A stretch of 64,000 nucleotides of DNA. It comes from Synechococcus sp. (GTDB taxonomy: Bacteria; Cyanobacteriota; Cyanobacteriia; PCC-6307; Cyanobiaceae). How positions within the stretch are numbered: position 1 is the stretch's first letter; the number at the start of each line of letters is the position of its first letter. The notes under the pieces were generated by a model. That model had not been told where the DNA came from. It worked only from the letters and a program-made list of their open reading frames with translations, and did not search any database. Location: positions 384,001 through 448,000 of the forward strand of contig JBJBCN010000003.1 of the NCBI GenBank assembly GCA_047285805.1, read 5' to 3'. Both the position numbers and the translations under genes were made by a program. Below, piece after piece: positions 31,276-40,700 of the stretch.

Positions 31276-31660
31276 GTAGCCAAACCTAAAAACCAATCCC
31301 AAAAGCGACTGCCCACAACTTGAGGAAAACGGCGGGGTAAGAGGCTGGAAAAAAGCCGGGTCGAAAACAGCGCCCAACCCCTTTCTTTTCCCCAGGCGCC
31401 GGAAACAGAGGAAATCGCCCCGATTGCTTGAGGTTCAAATCCAGGTTCGACAGGCCTGCGGAAATTAAAACCCTGATGTGGCTTGGATTTGGCGGGTTTC
31501 CCAAAATTTCCGCAAGGCCTACTACTTCGAGTTTGGTTTTCTTTCTTTCTGATCCTTTGATCCATTAACAGTCGCCTGGGGATTACCTGGGAACCCGATC
31601 GATCGACCCGTTGCGCTTCCGCTTGGGTTGTGGAAGCGTGGAGGTCCCTTCAGCCCCGCC
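31276..31660. promoter_or_regulatory. probable chromosomal origin oriC
   Basis: thrC-dnaN intergenic position; degenerate DnaA boxes (31321 TGAGGAAAA, 31386 TTTTCCCCA, 31457 TGCGGAAAT, 31506 ATTTCCGCA, 31629 TGTGGAAGC); T-rich DUE-like tract 31531-31570. Confidence 0.8.
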
Positions 31661-32791
31661 ATGAAGCTGGTCTGCTCCCAGGCCGAATTGAGTTCCAGCC
31701 TTCAACTAGTGAGCAGGGCAGTTGCCGCGCGTCCCACCCATCCAGTCCTGGCAAATGTGTTGCTGACTGCAGATGCTGGAACGGGCAGGCTGAGCTTGAC
31801 CGGGTTTGATCTCAACCTTGGCATCCAGACAAGCCTGAGTGCCTCCGTCGCCACCAGCGGTGCCATCACCCTGCCAGCCCGTCTGTTCGGTGAGATTGTC
31901 TCCCGGATGCCCTCGGACAGTCCGATCACCCTCAGCTGCGAAGACGACAGCGAGCAGGTCGAACTTACAAGCGTGTCCGGCAGCTATCAAATGCGGGGCA
32001 TGCCCGCTGATGACTTTCCAGAGTTGCCCTTGGCCCAGGCGGTTACGCCGATCAAGTTGGATCCGGAGGTCTTGATTAAGGGGTTACGCGCCACCCTGTT
32101 TGCCAGTAGCGGCGATGAAGCCAAACAGCTTCTTACTGGAGTTCATCTAGGTCTGGATCAGAACGGCCTCGAATGCGCCGCCACCGATGGCCACCGTCTG
32201 GCCGTCCTGCGTCTTCAGAACGCGTCGAGCAGTGAATCCGAACTGGATGTCACCGTTCCGGCCCGTTCCCTTCGCGAATTGGAGCGTTTGCTCTCCAACC
32301 GTGGTGGCAGCGATTCCGTCAGCCTCTTCTACGACCGCGGTCAGGTGGTCTTTCAATGGGCTGACCAGGTGCTCACCAGCCGGAGCCTTGATGGCACCTA
32401 CCCGAACTACCGGCAGCTCATTCCCGAGAGCTTTGGTCGCCAGATGCAAGTCGATCGCAAAGGCCTGCTGAGTGCTCTGGAGCGTGTCGCGGTCTTGGCC
32501 GATCAGCACAACAACGTGGTCAAGCTCACCAGTGACCCCGCCGCCGGTCAGCTCTCCATCAGTGCAGACGCCCAAGACGTAGGGAGCGGCTCTGAGGCGA
32601 TTGGTGCTCAGGTCAGCGGCGACGCCATTCAGATTGCCTTCAACGTCCGCTACGTCCTGGAAGGTCTCAAGGCGATGGGATCTGAGCAGGTTCAGCTGCA
32701 GTGCAATGCCCCCACCACGCCTGTGGTGCTGGCTCCCCAAGATGACTCCAGCTTCACCTACTTGGTGATGCCAGTTCAGATTCGCCAGTGA
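31661..32791 (+). CDS. dnaN: DNA polymerase III beta clamp
   Basis: MKLVCSQAEL...PTHPVLANVL, ATDGHRL, YPNYRQLIP and YLVMPVQIR. Confidence 0.97.
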   Translation: MKLVCSQAELSSSLQLVSRAVAARPTHPVLANVLLTADAGTGRLSLTGFDLNLGIQTSLSASVATSGAITLPARLFGEIVSRMPSDSPITLSCEDDSEQVELTSVSGSYQMRGMPADDFPELPLAQAVTPIKLDPEVLIKGLRATLFASSGDEAKQLLTGVHLGLDQNGLECAATDGHRLAVLRLQNASSSESELDVTVPARSLRELERLLSNRGGSDSVSLFYDRGQVVFQWADQVLTSRSLDGTYPNYRQLIPESFGRQMQVDRKGLLSALERVAVLADQHNNVVKLTSDPAAGQLSISADAQDVGSGSEAIGAQVSGDAIQIAFNVRYVLEGLKAMGSEQVQLQCNAPTTPVVLAPQDDSSFTYLVMPVQIRQ

Positions 32792-33546
32792 CCCTCCCCG
32801 AACAGCTTCTGCTGAGTGAGTTGTTGCGCCGCCGGGTTCGTTGTGATCAGGGCCTCGATCATGGGGTAGGAGTCGCCGCCTGGATGCACCCTCCGGTGCA
32901 TCGCCTGCTGGGCTGGTTCTCGAAACCCTCGGCGTCGGGGGATCGCCGCGAAGTTTGGCGTCTCAACCAGTTGTGCGGCCTGGCCGAACTGGAGTCACTC
33001 GTCCGGGGTGATGCAGCGCCCAGTGAAATCGCCACGATGGATCGCTTGCCCACTTTGATCGAGGCAGCCGTCCTCGGCCAAGACGGCCAGCACCTGGGGC
33101 AGATCGCTGATGCTGCAGTCGATCTCAGCACCGGTCAGATCCTGCACTACCTGGTCTCACGCAGCGATCCCAGGCTCCCAGGAACGAGCCGCTGGCGCCT
33201 CGCTCCGGCCCGCATCGATGACCAACAGCCAGGGAGGTTGTTCACCTCGCTGGCTGGTCTGGATGATCTCCCCTTGGCAAAAGCGAGTGTCCGGCAGGAG
33301 TTCCTGCGCCGCTCGAAGCGTTGGCGCGAGCAGATGCAAGAGGAGACCTCCCGTTGGCGAGACCAGGTGCACAACGCCGGCGAGCGTTTTGAAGAACGCT
33401 TGGAGGGGTGGTTGGAAGAACCACCTTGGGACGGCCATGAGCTAGGCGTCGACCGTCCCTCGCCAGGGCACGAGACCTGGGATGACTGGAATGATGCTGA
33501 CCCGTCACCGCCTCGTCGTCGCCAGCAGGACGATCCTTGGGTTTGA
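32788..33546 (+). CDS. conserved picocyanobacterial protein (PRC-barrel-like)
   Basis: GTGA overlap with dnaN; WMHPPVHRLLGW and YLVSRSDPRLPG; usual position between dnaN and purL. Confidence 0.7.
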   Translation: MTLPEQLLLSELLRRRVRCDQGLDHGVGVAAWMHPPVHRLLGWFSKPSASGDRREVWRLNQLCGLAELESLVRGDAAPSEIATMDRLPTLIEAAVLGQDGQHLGQIADAAVDLSTGQILHYLVSRSDPRLPGTSRWRLAPARIDDQQPGRLFTSLAGLDDLPLAKASVRQEFLRRSKRWREQMQEETSRWRDQVHNAGERFEERLEGWLEEPPWDGHELGVDRPSPGHETWDDWNDADPSPPRRRQQDDPWV

Positions 33547-33595
33547 GAGGGGGTGAGTCGCTCAGCGAGACTGAAGTAATCCCGCTCCCTGGTCC

Positions 33596-35935
33596 GTGGT
33601 CGCAGCCCCTGACTACTCCGTTGCTGACGCCCTGAAGAAGGAGAACCTCAGCCAAGCTGACTACGACGAAATTTGCCGCCGCCTGGGCCGGACCCCGAAC
33701 CGCGCCGAGCTGGGCATGTTCGGCGTGATGTGGTCGGAGCACTGTTGTTACCGCAACTCCAGGCCCCTGCTTCAGGGCTTTCCCACCACGGGGCCGCGCA
33801 TCCTGGTGGGTCCCGGTGAGAACGCGGGTGTCGTGGACCTTGGTGAAGGTCAACGCCTAGCCTTCAAGATCGAAAGCCACAACCACCCATCAGCGGTAGA
33901 GCCGTTCCAGGGCGCGGCCACCGGTGTGGGCGGAATTCTGCGGGACATCTTCACCATGGGTGCCCGCCCGATTGCTCTGCTGAACGCCCTGCGTTTTGGT
34001 CCGCTTGAGGAAGAGCGCAACGTCGGCCTGATGGAAGGTGTTGTGGCTGGCATTGCCCACTACGGCAACTGCGTTGGAGTGCCCACCGTCGGTGGAGAGG
34101 TGGCCTTTGACGCAAGCTATTCCGGCAACCCCCTGGTCAACGCCATGGCTCTAGGTCTGATGGAGACCGAGACGATCGTGTGCTCAGGGGCGGAGGGCGT
34201 CGGTTTCCCGGTGGTTTACGTCGGCAGTACGACCGGTCGGGACGGCATGGGTGGCGCCAGCTTTGCCTCGGCGGAGTTGACCGAAGCGTCCTTGGATGAT
34301 CGCCCCGCGGTTCAGGTGGGGGATCCCTTCCTCGAAAAGGGCCTGATCGAGGCCTGCCTGGATGCTTTCCAGAGCGGTGATGTGGTCGCTGCCCAGGACA
34401 TGGGAGCGGCGGGACTGACCTGCAGTTGTTCGGAGATGGCCGCCAAGGGTGGCCTGGGCATTGAATTGGATCTCGATTGCGTCCCGGCCCGCGAAGCCAG
34501 CATGACCCCCTACGAGTTCCTGCTCAGCGAATCCCAAGAGCGGATGCTCTTTGTGGTGAAGCCCGGCCGCGAAGCGGCGCTGATGGAGCGTTTTACCCGT
34601 TGGGGCCTGCAGGCGGCCGTCGTGGGCCGCGTCTTGCAGGACAACATCGTTCGGGTGCTGCAGAACGGTGCAGTCGCTGCTGAGGTGCCCGCCAGTGCGC
34701 TGGCGGATGACACGCCCATCAACCGCCATGAGCTGCTGAGTGAGCCCCCGGCGGCCATTCAGGAGCACTGGCGCTGGTCCGAGGAGCAGCTGCCGCCGGC
34801 CTCCGCGTCCGGCGTCAACGGTCAAAGCTGGAGTGAGACGCTCCTGGCCCTGCTGGATGACCCCACCATCGCCTCGAAGCGCTGGGTCTACCGCCAGTAC
34901 GACCACCAGGTGCAGGCCAACACGGTGGTCCCCCCGGGCGGTGCGGATGCGGCTGTGGTCCGTTTGCGTCCCCAGGCTGAAACAAAGGCGGCGACCCGCG
35001 GTGTGGCCGCTGTCGTCGATTGCCCCAACCGGTGGGTGGCTTTGGATCCAGAGCGGGGCGGCATGGCGGCCGTGGCCGAGGCCGCTCGCAACCTCAGTTG
35101 CGTGGGGGCGGAGCCCCTAGCGGTGACCGACAACCTCAACTTCCCCTCGCCTGAGACCCCGACGGGCTATTGGCAATTGGCCTCCGCCTGCCGAGGTCTC
35201 TCGAGCGCTTGCTCGGCCCTGGATACCCCCGTCACCGGTGGCAACGTCTCGCTCTACAACGAGACCCGGATGCCCGATGGCTCCATGCTGCCGATCCATC
35301 CGACCCCGGTGGTGGGGATGGTCGGTTTGGTCCATGACCTCAGCCATATCCGCGGTCAGGCCTGGCAGGACAATGGTGATGTGATTTGGATGTTCGGTGT
35401 TCCTCTGGAGGCGGGGGAGACTCCAGCCGATGGCCGCTTGGCCCTCGCTGGCACGAGCTATCTCGAGCGGATCCATGGAGTCGTCACAGGACGTCCTCCG
35501 CAGATCGATCTGGAGCTTGAGCGCTCGGTTCAGGCGTTCCTGCGAAAGGCCATCACTCAAGGGCTGGTGAAGTCGGCCCATGACCTCAGCGATGGCGGAC
35601 TCGCCGTGGCTGCCGCGGAGTGCTGCATGGCTTCAGGCTTGGGAGCCCATCTGGAGCTTCCCTCCAGTTCCGCGCGTCTGGATCGCCTGCTGTTTGCCGA
35701 AGGCGGCGCCCGCATCTTGGTGAGCGTTTCACCGGCTCAAACGGTTGCTTGGCAGAAGGCCCTGGATGCAAGCGGCATTCCGGCCCAGTGCCTGGGTCTG
35801 GTGGTGGACGACAGTGAGCTGTCGATCACCCAGGTGGGCACCAACGTGCTCACCATTCCCATTGCTCAGATGCATGAACGCTTCGAGCAAGCGATTCCGA
35901 GGCGCATGGGCGTCGATCTCCCCCCGACGGCTTGA
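33596..35935 (+). CDS. purL: FGAM synthase subunit PurL
   Basis: [22 protein letters not shown] and SESQERM. Confidence 0.97.
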   Translation: MVAAPDYSVADALKKENLSQADYDEICRRLGRTPNRAELGMFGVMWSEHCCYRNSRPLLQGFPTTGPRILVGPGENAGVVDLGEGQRLAFKIESHNHPSAVEPFQGAATGVGGILRDIFTMGARPIALLNALRFGPLEEERNVGLMEGVVAGIAHYGNCVGVPTVGGEVAFDASYSGNPLVNAMALGLMETETIVCSGAEGVGFPVVYVGSTTGRDGMGGASFASAELTEASLDDRPAVQVGDPFLEKGLIEACLDAFQSGDVVAAQDMGAAGLTCSCSEMAAKGGLGIELDLDCVPAREASMTPYEFLLSESQERMLFVVKPGREAALMERFTRWGLQAAVVGRVLQDNIVRVLQNGAVAAEVPASALADDTPINRHELLSEPPAAIQEHWRWSEEQLPPASASGVNGQSWSETLLALLDDPTIASKRWVYRQYDHQVQANTVVPPGGADAAVVRLRPQAETKAATRGVAAVVDCPNRWVALDPERGGMAAVAEAARNLSCVGAEPLAVTDNLNFPSPETPTGYWQLASACRGLSSACSALDTPVTGGNVSLYNETRMPDGSMLPIHPTPVVGMVGLVHDLSHIRGQAWQDNGDVIWMFGVPLEAGETPADGRLALAGTSYLERIHGVVTGRPPQIDLELERSVQAFLRKAITQGLVKSAHDLSDGGLAVAAAECCMASGLGAHLELPSSSARLDRLLFAEGGARILVSVSPAQTVAWQKALDASGIPAQCLGLVVDDSELSITQVGTNVLTIPIAQMHERFEQAIPRRMGVDLPPTA

Positions 35936-35946
35936 GGAGAACCCTG

Positions 35947-37503
35947 ATGCAAAATGTTGAAGGAAATCTGAAGCTGGGACGCGCCGTGACTGACCCCACC
36001 CCCAGCCTCGATGTTGTGGTGGATCGGCTAGACAAGCCTGAAGAGGCCTGTGGCGTGTTTGCAGTCCTGGCCAGCGATCAGCCGGTGGCCAACCTCACCT
36101 ACTTCGGTCTCTACGCCCTTCAACACCGAGGTCAGGAATCGGCGGGGATCGCCGTCTTTGACTCGGAACCTGGCAGCGACCCCAAGGTGCGCCTGCACAA
36201 GGACATGGGTTTGGTGAGCAAGGTGTTCACCCCCGAGGTCCTGGATCGCCTTCCCGGTCAACTCGCAATCGGCCACAACCGCTATTCCACGACGGGTTCG
36301 AGCAAGGCCTGCAACGCTCAGCCGGTGTTGCTCAACACCCGGCTGGGTCCAATGGCCTTTGCCCACAACGGCAATCTGGTCAACGCCGGTGAACTGCGGA
36401 CGGCCTTGGCCAGCGATCTCCCCGAAGCGGAGTTCACCTCGACGACCGATTCAGAGCTGATCGCCTTTGCGATTCAACAGGCCGTGAATGCCGGCAGTGA
36501 GTGGGACAGCGCCATTCGCGCGGCAGCCGGACGCTGCCGCGGCGCCTTCAGCCTGGTAATTGGTACCCCAGAAGGTTTGTTTGCCCTGCGGGATGGTCAC
36601 GGCATTCGCCCTTTGGTCTTTGGCCACATGGGTGAGCTCAGTGAAGCCTGCTGGGTGGTGAGCAGCGAGACCTGCGGCCTCGACATCATTGGTTCGAGTT
36701 TCGATGGGGACATCGAGCCGGGCGAAATCGTCCACTTCCGGTTGGGTGATTTGGAGCCGGTTCGAGGCCGCTGGGCGGAAGAGCCGTCCAAGCTCTGCGT
36801 CTTCGAAATGATCTATTTCGCGAGGCCCGATAGCCGTTTCTTCGGTGAATCCCTCTACAGCTACCGCGTGCGTATTGGAGAGGTGCTTGCCCGGGAAACC
36901 CCGATCGAAGCTGACATCGTCATCGGTGTCCCCGACTCTGGGATCCCTGCTGCGATTGGCTACTCGCAGCACAGCGGCATCCCCTTCGGCGACGGGCTGA
37001 TCAAGAACCGCTACGTCGGCCGCACCTTCATTCAGCCCACCCAGGCCATGCGTGAAGCGGGGATTCGCGTCAAGCTCAATCCCTTACCGGACGTGTTAGC
37101 CGGAAAGCGCGTGGTGGTGATCGATGACTCCATTGTCCGGGGCACCACCAGCCGCAAGTTGGTGGCGGCGATCCGCGATGCCGGTGCGACGGAGGTGCAC
37201 ATGCGCATCAGCTCTCCGCCGGTGACCCACCCCTGCTTCTACGGCATCGATACCGACACTCAAGATCAGCTGATTGCGGCCCGACTAACCCTCGAGGAGA
37301 TCTCCGCCCACCTTGGCGTGGACTCCCTGGCTTATCTCAGCAAAGAGGGCATGGTGGAAGCTGCCCAAGCAAATGCAGAACATTTCTGTACGGCCTGTTT
37401 TGATGGGGCTTATCCCATTGAAATGGATTCCTCGGTCAGTGGTAGTAAGCTAATGCTTGAACCTGAAGGGATAGCAAGTCAGCTTTTATCTAGAAAAAAT
37501 TAA
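35947..37503 (+). CDS. purF: amidophosphoribosyltransferase
   Basis: EEACGVF, LQHRGQES, GHNRYST and VIDDSIVRGTT; start uncertain. Confidence 0.96.
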   Translation: MQNVEGNLKLGRAVTDPTPSLDVVVDRLDKPEEACGVFAVLASDQPVANLTYFGLYALQHRGQESAGIAVFDSEPGSDPKVRLHKDMGLVSKVFTPEVLDRLPGQLAIGHNRYSTTGSSKACNAQPVLLNTRLGPMAFAHNGNLVNAGELRTALASDLPEAEFTSTTDSELIAFAIQQAVNAGSEWDSAIRAAAGRCRGAFSLVIGTPEGLFALRDGHGIRPLVFGHMGELSEACWVVSSETCGLDIIGSSFDGDIEPGEIVHFRLGDLEPVRGRWAEEPSKLCVFEMIYFARPDSRFFGESLYSYRVRIGEVLARETPIEADIVIGVPDSGIPAAIGYSQHSGIPFGDGLIKNRYVGRTFIQPTQAMREAGIRVKLNPLPDVLAGKRVVVIDDSIVRGTTSRKLVAAIRDAGATEVHMRISSPPVTHPCFYGIDTDTQDQLIAARLTLEEISAHLGVDSLAYLSKEGMVEAAQANAEHFCTACFDGAYPIEMDSSVSGSKLMLEPEGIASQLLSRKN

Positions 37504-38441
37504 TCAGGAAGAATACGACCAGCAGACTTACCTAGAGCTGGTTTTAGCAGGTGCTTTAAAAAATCAGAAGAATTCTTATTGCATACTTTCTTGAATATTC
37601 GTTCGTCCATGTAGAGTTTTGATTCCTGCCAAGATCCCGCAAAGTGCAGTGCTGTCACGGAAGAAAGACAACTTGCTATGCAGTTTGCAGAATCCTCGGT
37701 TGAACCCGTCTTTATTTGAAAGAGGTGCCTGTACTTACTTGACATTTCCAAAGGCCATATTGCTTGAAATTCGTAAGGGAGATCATTAAGGGAAAATCTA
37801 TTTCTTATTTCATAGTTGAATGCAGGTTCATCTCCTCCGCCAGTTATAGAGTCAACATCATCACCATAACTATAGAATATATCAGATAATCCAGCACTGT
37901 GAGCTTTCACATCACAAACAAACAAACCAGAACAGGCATAGTCATCATATACCGGAAAACCATGAAATCTATATATCTCTTCTGCTTTCATGAATAATGC
38001 AGAATCCAGAGGATAGTTAGAGGAGTAATTTCTATTGCGCTCAAAACTAAGAATTTTCTTGCTCGTGTAATCATCATATGGAAGATTTTTCACCTCACTA
38101 ACTACGCTAAAACACCCCTTCAAATGATAATCAAATATATTATTGCCATTAGGATTGAATAAAATATCTGAATCAAAATAACAAACTTTATCTGCAGAAT
38201 CGTACGTTTCCTTTAGCTGCATTGGGATCAGTAGTTTTTGCCAATTCTTTTTCTTTCTACCATAACCACTATTTAAGTCTACAATATCATCATCGAAGCA
38301 GACTAGGTTCAAATCAAACCTGTCACAGTAATTTAGTATAAATGGCAAAGAAAACCTTTTGAAATTCTCTAAGTGATCTGTCCCAATCGCGAGCGTTGCC
38401 ATCCACGGCCGACTTGGAGCAGTTTCTCTAAAAAATTCCAT
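37500..38441 (-). CDS. putative GT-A fold glycosyltransferase
   Basis: WQKL, DSD (DxD), CSGLFV, DEPAFN and HFAG, resembling GT8/GT34-type enzymes. Confidence 0.6.
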   Translation of the reverse strand: MEFFRETAPSRPWMATLAIGTDHLENFKRFSLPFILNYCDRFDLNLVCFDDDIVDLNSGYGRKKKNWQKLLIPMQLKETYDSADKVCYFDSDILFNPNGNNIFDYHLKGCFSVVSEVKNLPYDDYTSKKILSFERNRNYSSNYPLDSALFMKAEEIYRFHGFPVYDDYACSGLFVCDVKAHSAGLSDIFYSYGDDVDSITGGGDEPAFNYEIRNRFSLNDLPYEFQAIWPLEMSSKYRHLFQIKTGSTEDSANCIASCLSSVTALHFAGSWQESKLYMDERIFKKVCNKNSSDFLKHLLKPALGKSAGRILPD

Positions 38442-38528
38442 AATAATTCAAATACTAATGAAATCATAGCAGAATAACCCTATTAATCCTCCTTTAACAG
38501 AATAGGATGTTACAGTATTAACCTTCAG

Positions 38529-39461
38529 TTGTGTCTGATTTTGGTTTTCCACCCATACCCTTCCAACCCGCAGCCGACCAGTGAGGGCTTCCCAACTGAA
38601 TACTATATCGAGACCGTCATGGCTTGCAATTTAAGGTGTCCGGAATGTGCTATTGGAAGTGAGATGACAACGCGAAAAAGAGGACTCATGCCGCTGGAGG
38701 ATTTTGAAATAGTTTGGGACAAGGTTAAAGATTATGCAAAACTTGTTTATTTACATAAATGGGGAGAACCTACGATGAATCCCAATCTTAAAAACTACAT
38801 CAAATGCGTATCTAAAACTGCGCACTCACATGTAATGACAAACGGGTTACTGTTGGACGAAAAAAAAATCAATGAATACTGCTCATCTGGCTTAGGCTCA
38901 CTTTTCTTTTCTATTGATGGAGTAACGCAAGAAACTTACGAAAAATATCGGGTAGGCGGAAGTTGTAGTATTGCCTGGAAAAACCTTGAACTTGCTCATA
39001 AAATCATCAAAGAAAACAATTATCCTACAGATTTATTTGCTCAATTTATAGTATTTCGTCATAACGAGCATCAAGTTGAAGACTTTATAGCTAAATGTGA
39101 AGGAATCGGTGTAAGATATCACATACGAACAGCTTACATCCGCTTTGGATCCGTTGATAAGCCTTCTAACCCTAAGTATGTACGGAAAATCTTCTCAAGC
39201 AAGTGTGAGCATGAAGAAGCAATTTCACAGTGTAGTCACCTCACAAACGTTCTTACCATTACAGCTGATGGTAGTACAATACTATGCTCACAAGATTACG
39301 ATCAGCAATACAACCTTGGCTCCCTTCTGGATGACTCAACTACACTAGAGACACTTTGGAATCATCCCTACTACGTACAAATACGTGAAGAAATAAAATC
39401 GAAGAAAAATATACCATCCATTTGTCGTGATAAATGCATGATATACCCTCGTTCATATTAA
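38529..39461 (+). CDS. radical SAM protein with SPASM/Twitch domain
   Basis: CNLRCPEC (CxxxCxxC), WGEP, MTNG, SIDG; C-terminal C-x13-G-x4-C...CxxxC. Confidence 0.88.
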   Translation: MCLILVFHPYPSNPQPTSEGFPTEYYIETVMACNLRCPECAIGSEMTTRKRGLMPLEDFEIVWDKVKDYAKLVYLHKWGEPTMNPNLKNYIKCVSKTAHSHVMTNGLLLDEKKINEYCSSGLGSLFFSIDGVTQETYEKYRVGGSCSIAWKNLELAHKIIKENNYPTDLFAQFIVFRHNEHQVEDFIAKCEGIGVRYHIRTAYIRFGSVDKPSNPKYVRKIFSSKCEHEEAISQCSHLTNVLTITADGSTILCSQDYDQQYNLGSLLDDSTTLETLWNHPYYVQIREEIKSKKNIPSICRDKCMIYPRSY

Positions 39462-40681
39462 CAGTGAAGAACCATCGAGGTTTTCAGGATCGACCAACTA
39501 AGAAAATTAAACTATTATTTATAGTTGAATCACCCTTTTCTGAAAGAGACTACGAGCGATTTGAAATACCCTACTTTAACAAAAATGATTTTTCAATACA
39601 TATATTTGATCTGTCGCCAGTCATAAATCCTATCTTGAACAAAAAACTTGAGACATCACGAATGAAATCCGATGATATCTATATATCAACAACTAAATTT
39701 TCGGCAATATACTTCGCCTTAAGTAATCATTTTGATTATATTATTGACTTTTCCTTGAAGGGATACCTCTACGGACAACCCTTTCTCTTGAAACTATTTC
39801 TTCTTGCCTATTTTAGTCTCACCTCAAAAAGAATTGTCATTTCTACTGGTTTAATGCCTGAGGCTAAGTATTTAGATAGGAATAGAAAAAACACACTATT
39901 CGTATACCTTAATAAGATCAAGAAAAAAATCTCTGCAAAAATCTATTGTCTATTTGATCAATTCTATCCCTATGCATATGGCTTTTCAGGGACAAGATCT
40001 CAGATCAAAAAATATACTAGATCTAAGCAAATTGCAGTTCACAATACTGACTTTAATGCATTTTTGAAAGCAGATAAGCCGACAAGAAATCATTCTGTTG
40101 AAACCATTTTATTCTTAGATCAAAATCATACTTTTGCAACTGATCAGTACTCGACACCTTCTCGTAATGTCAAGCTCATTTCACCTCAAGAGTATTCACT
40201 GGAAGTTAACCGTACATTGACCCACCTTCAATCCAAATTCAATTTAAATGTTCTAATACAACCTCACCCACGCGCCAGATTGAAAGATATTGAATTAATT
40301 TATGATTACCCAATCTCAAAGCTATCAACAGCTGAAGCATGTAAATCTGCAAAAGTTATTGTTTGCCATGACACAACAGCTATAAACTTAGCCGTACTGT
40401 GCCAAAAGCCCATTCTTCTCCTAAAAACACCAGACTATTACAATCAAAATTACACTACTTTCTATGAAAATAGTCTCAATATCGACCTTTTATCCAAACT
40501 GCTAGATTCAAAGATTGTAATGTCTTCTAACATCTATGATCTAAGCCTTGAGGAAATACCAGTCCCAAATCTACTTAAATATGAGCAATATATAAAATCA
40601 TATATTACAACCATTCCTCATGTTGAATCAACGTCTTTTTCGATTATTAGGGAATGGATCTTTAGAGATATTATGGAATAA
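39434..40681 (+). CDS. hypothetical protein, candidate CMP-nonulosonate transferase
   Basis: Long AT-rich ORF; C-terminal FLDQ, QPHPR and HDTTAINLAVLCQKP resemble GT-B sialyl/Kdo transferase motifs; start uncertain. Confidence 0.45.
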   Translation: MHDIPSFILTVKNHRGFQDRPTKKIKLLFIVESPFSERDYERFEIPYFNKNDFSIHIFDLSPVINPILNKKLETSRMKSDDIYISTTKFSAIYFALSNHFDYIIDFSLKGYLYGQPFLLKLFLLAYFSLTSKRIVISTGLMPEAKYLDRNRKNTLFVYLNKIKKKISAKIYCLFDQFYPYAYGFSGTRSQIKKYTRSKQIAVHNTDFNAFLKADKPTRNHSVETILFLDQNHTFATDQYSTPSRNVKLISPQEYSLEVNRTLTHLQSKFNLNVLIQPHPRARLKDIELIYDYPISKLSTAEACKSAKVIVCHDTTAINLAVLCQKPILLLKTPDYYNQNYTTFYENSLNIDLLSKLLDSKIVMSSNIYDLSLEEIPVPNLLKYEQYIKSYITTIPHVESTSFSIIREWIFRDIME

Positions 40682-40700
40682 AGTATTTACGAAGGTGGGT

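Noticed and set aside
31062..31565. 167-aa and 72-aa minus-strand ORFs across the thrC-dnaN gap
   Set aside because: They overlap thrC, its terminator and/or the oriC boxes, and have no protein-like motifs
38860..38868. A9 tract in the radical SAM gene (and A8 at 41147-41154) as phase-variation switches
   Set aside because: Short A runs are expected in DNA this AT-rich, and both frames are intact
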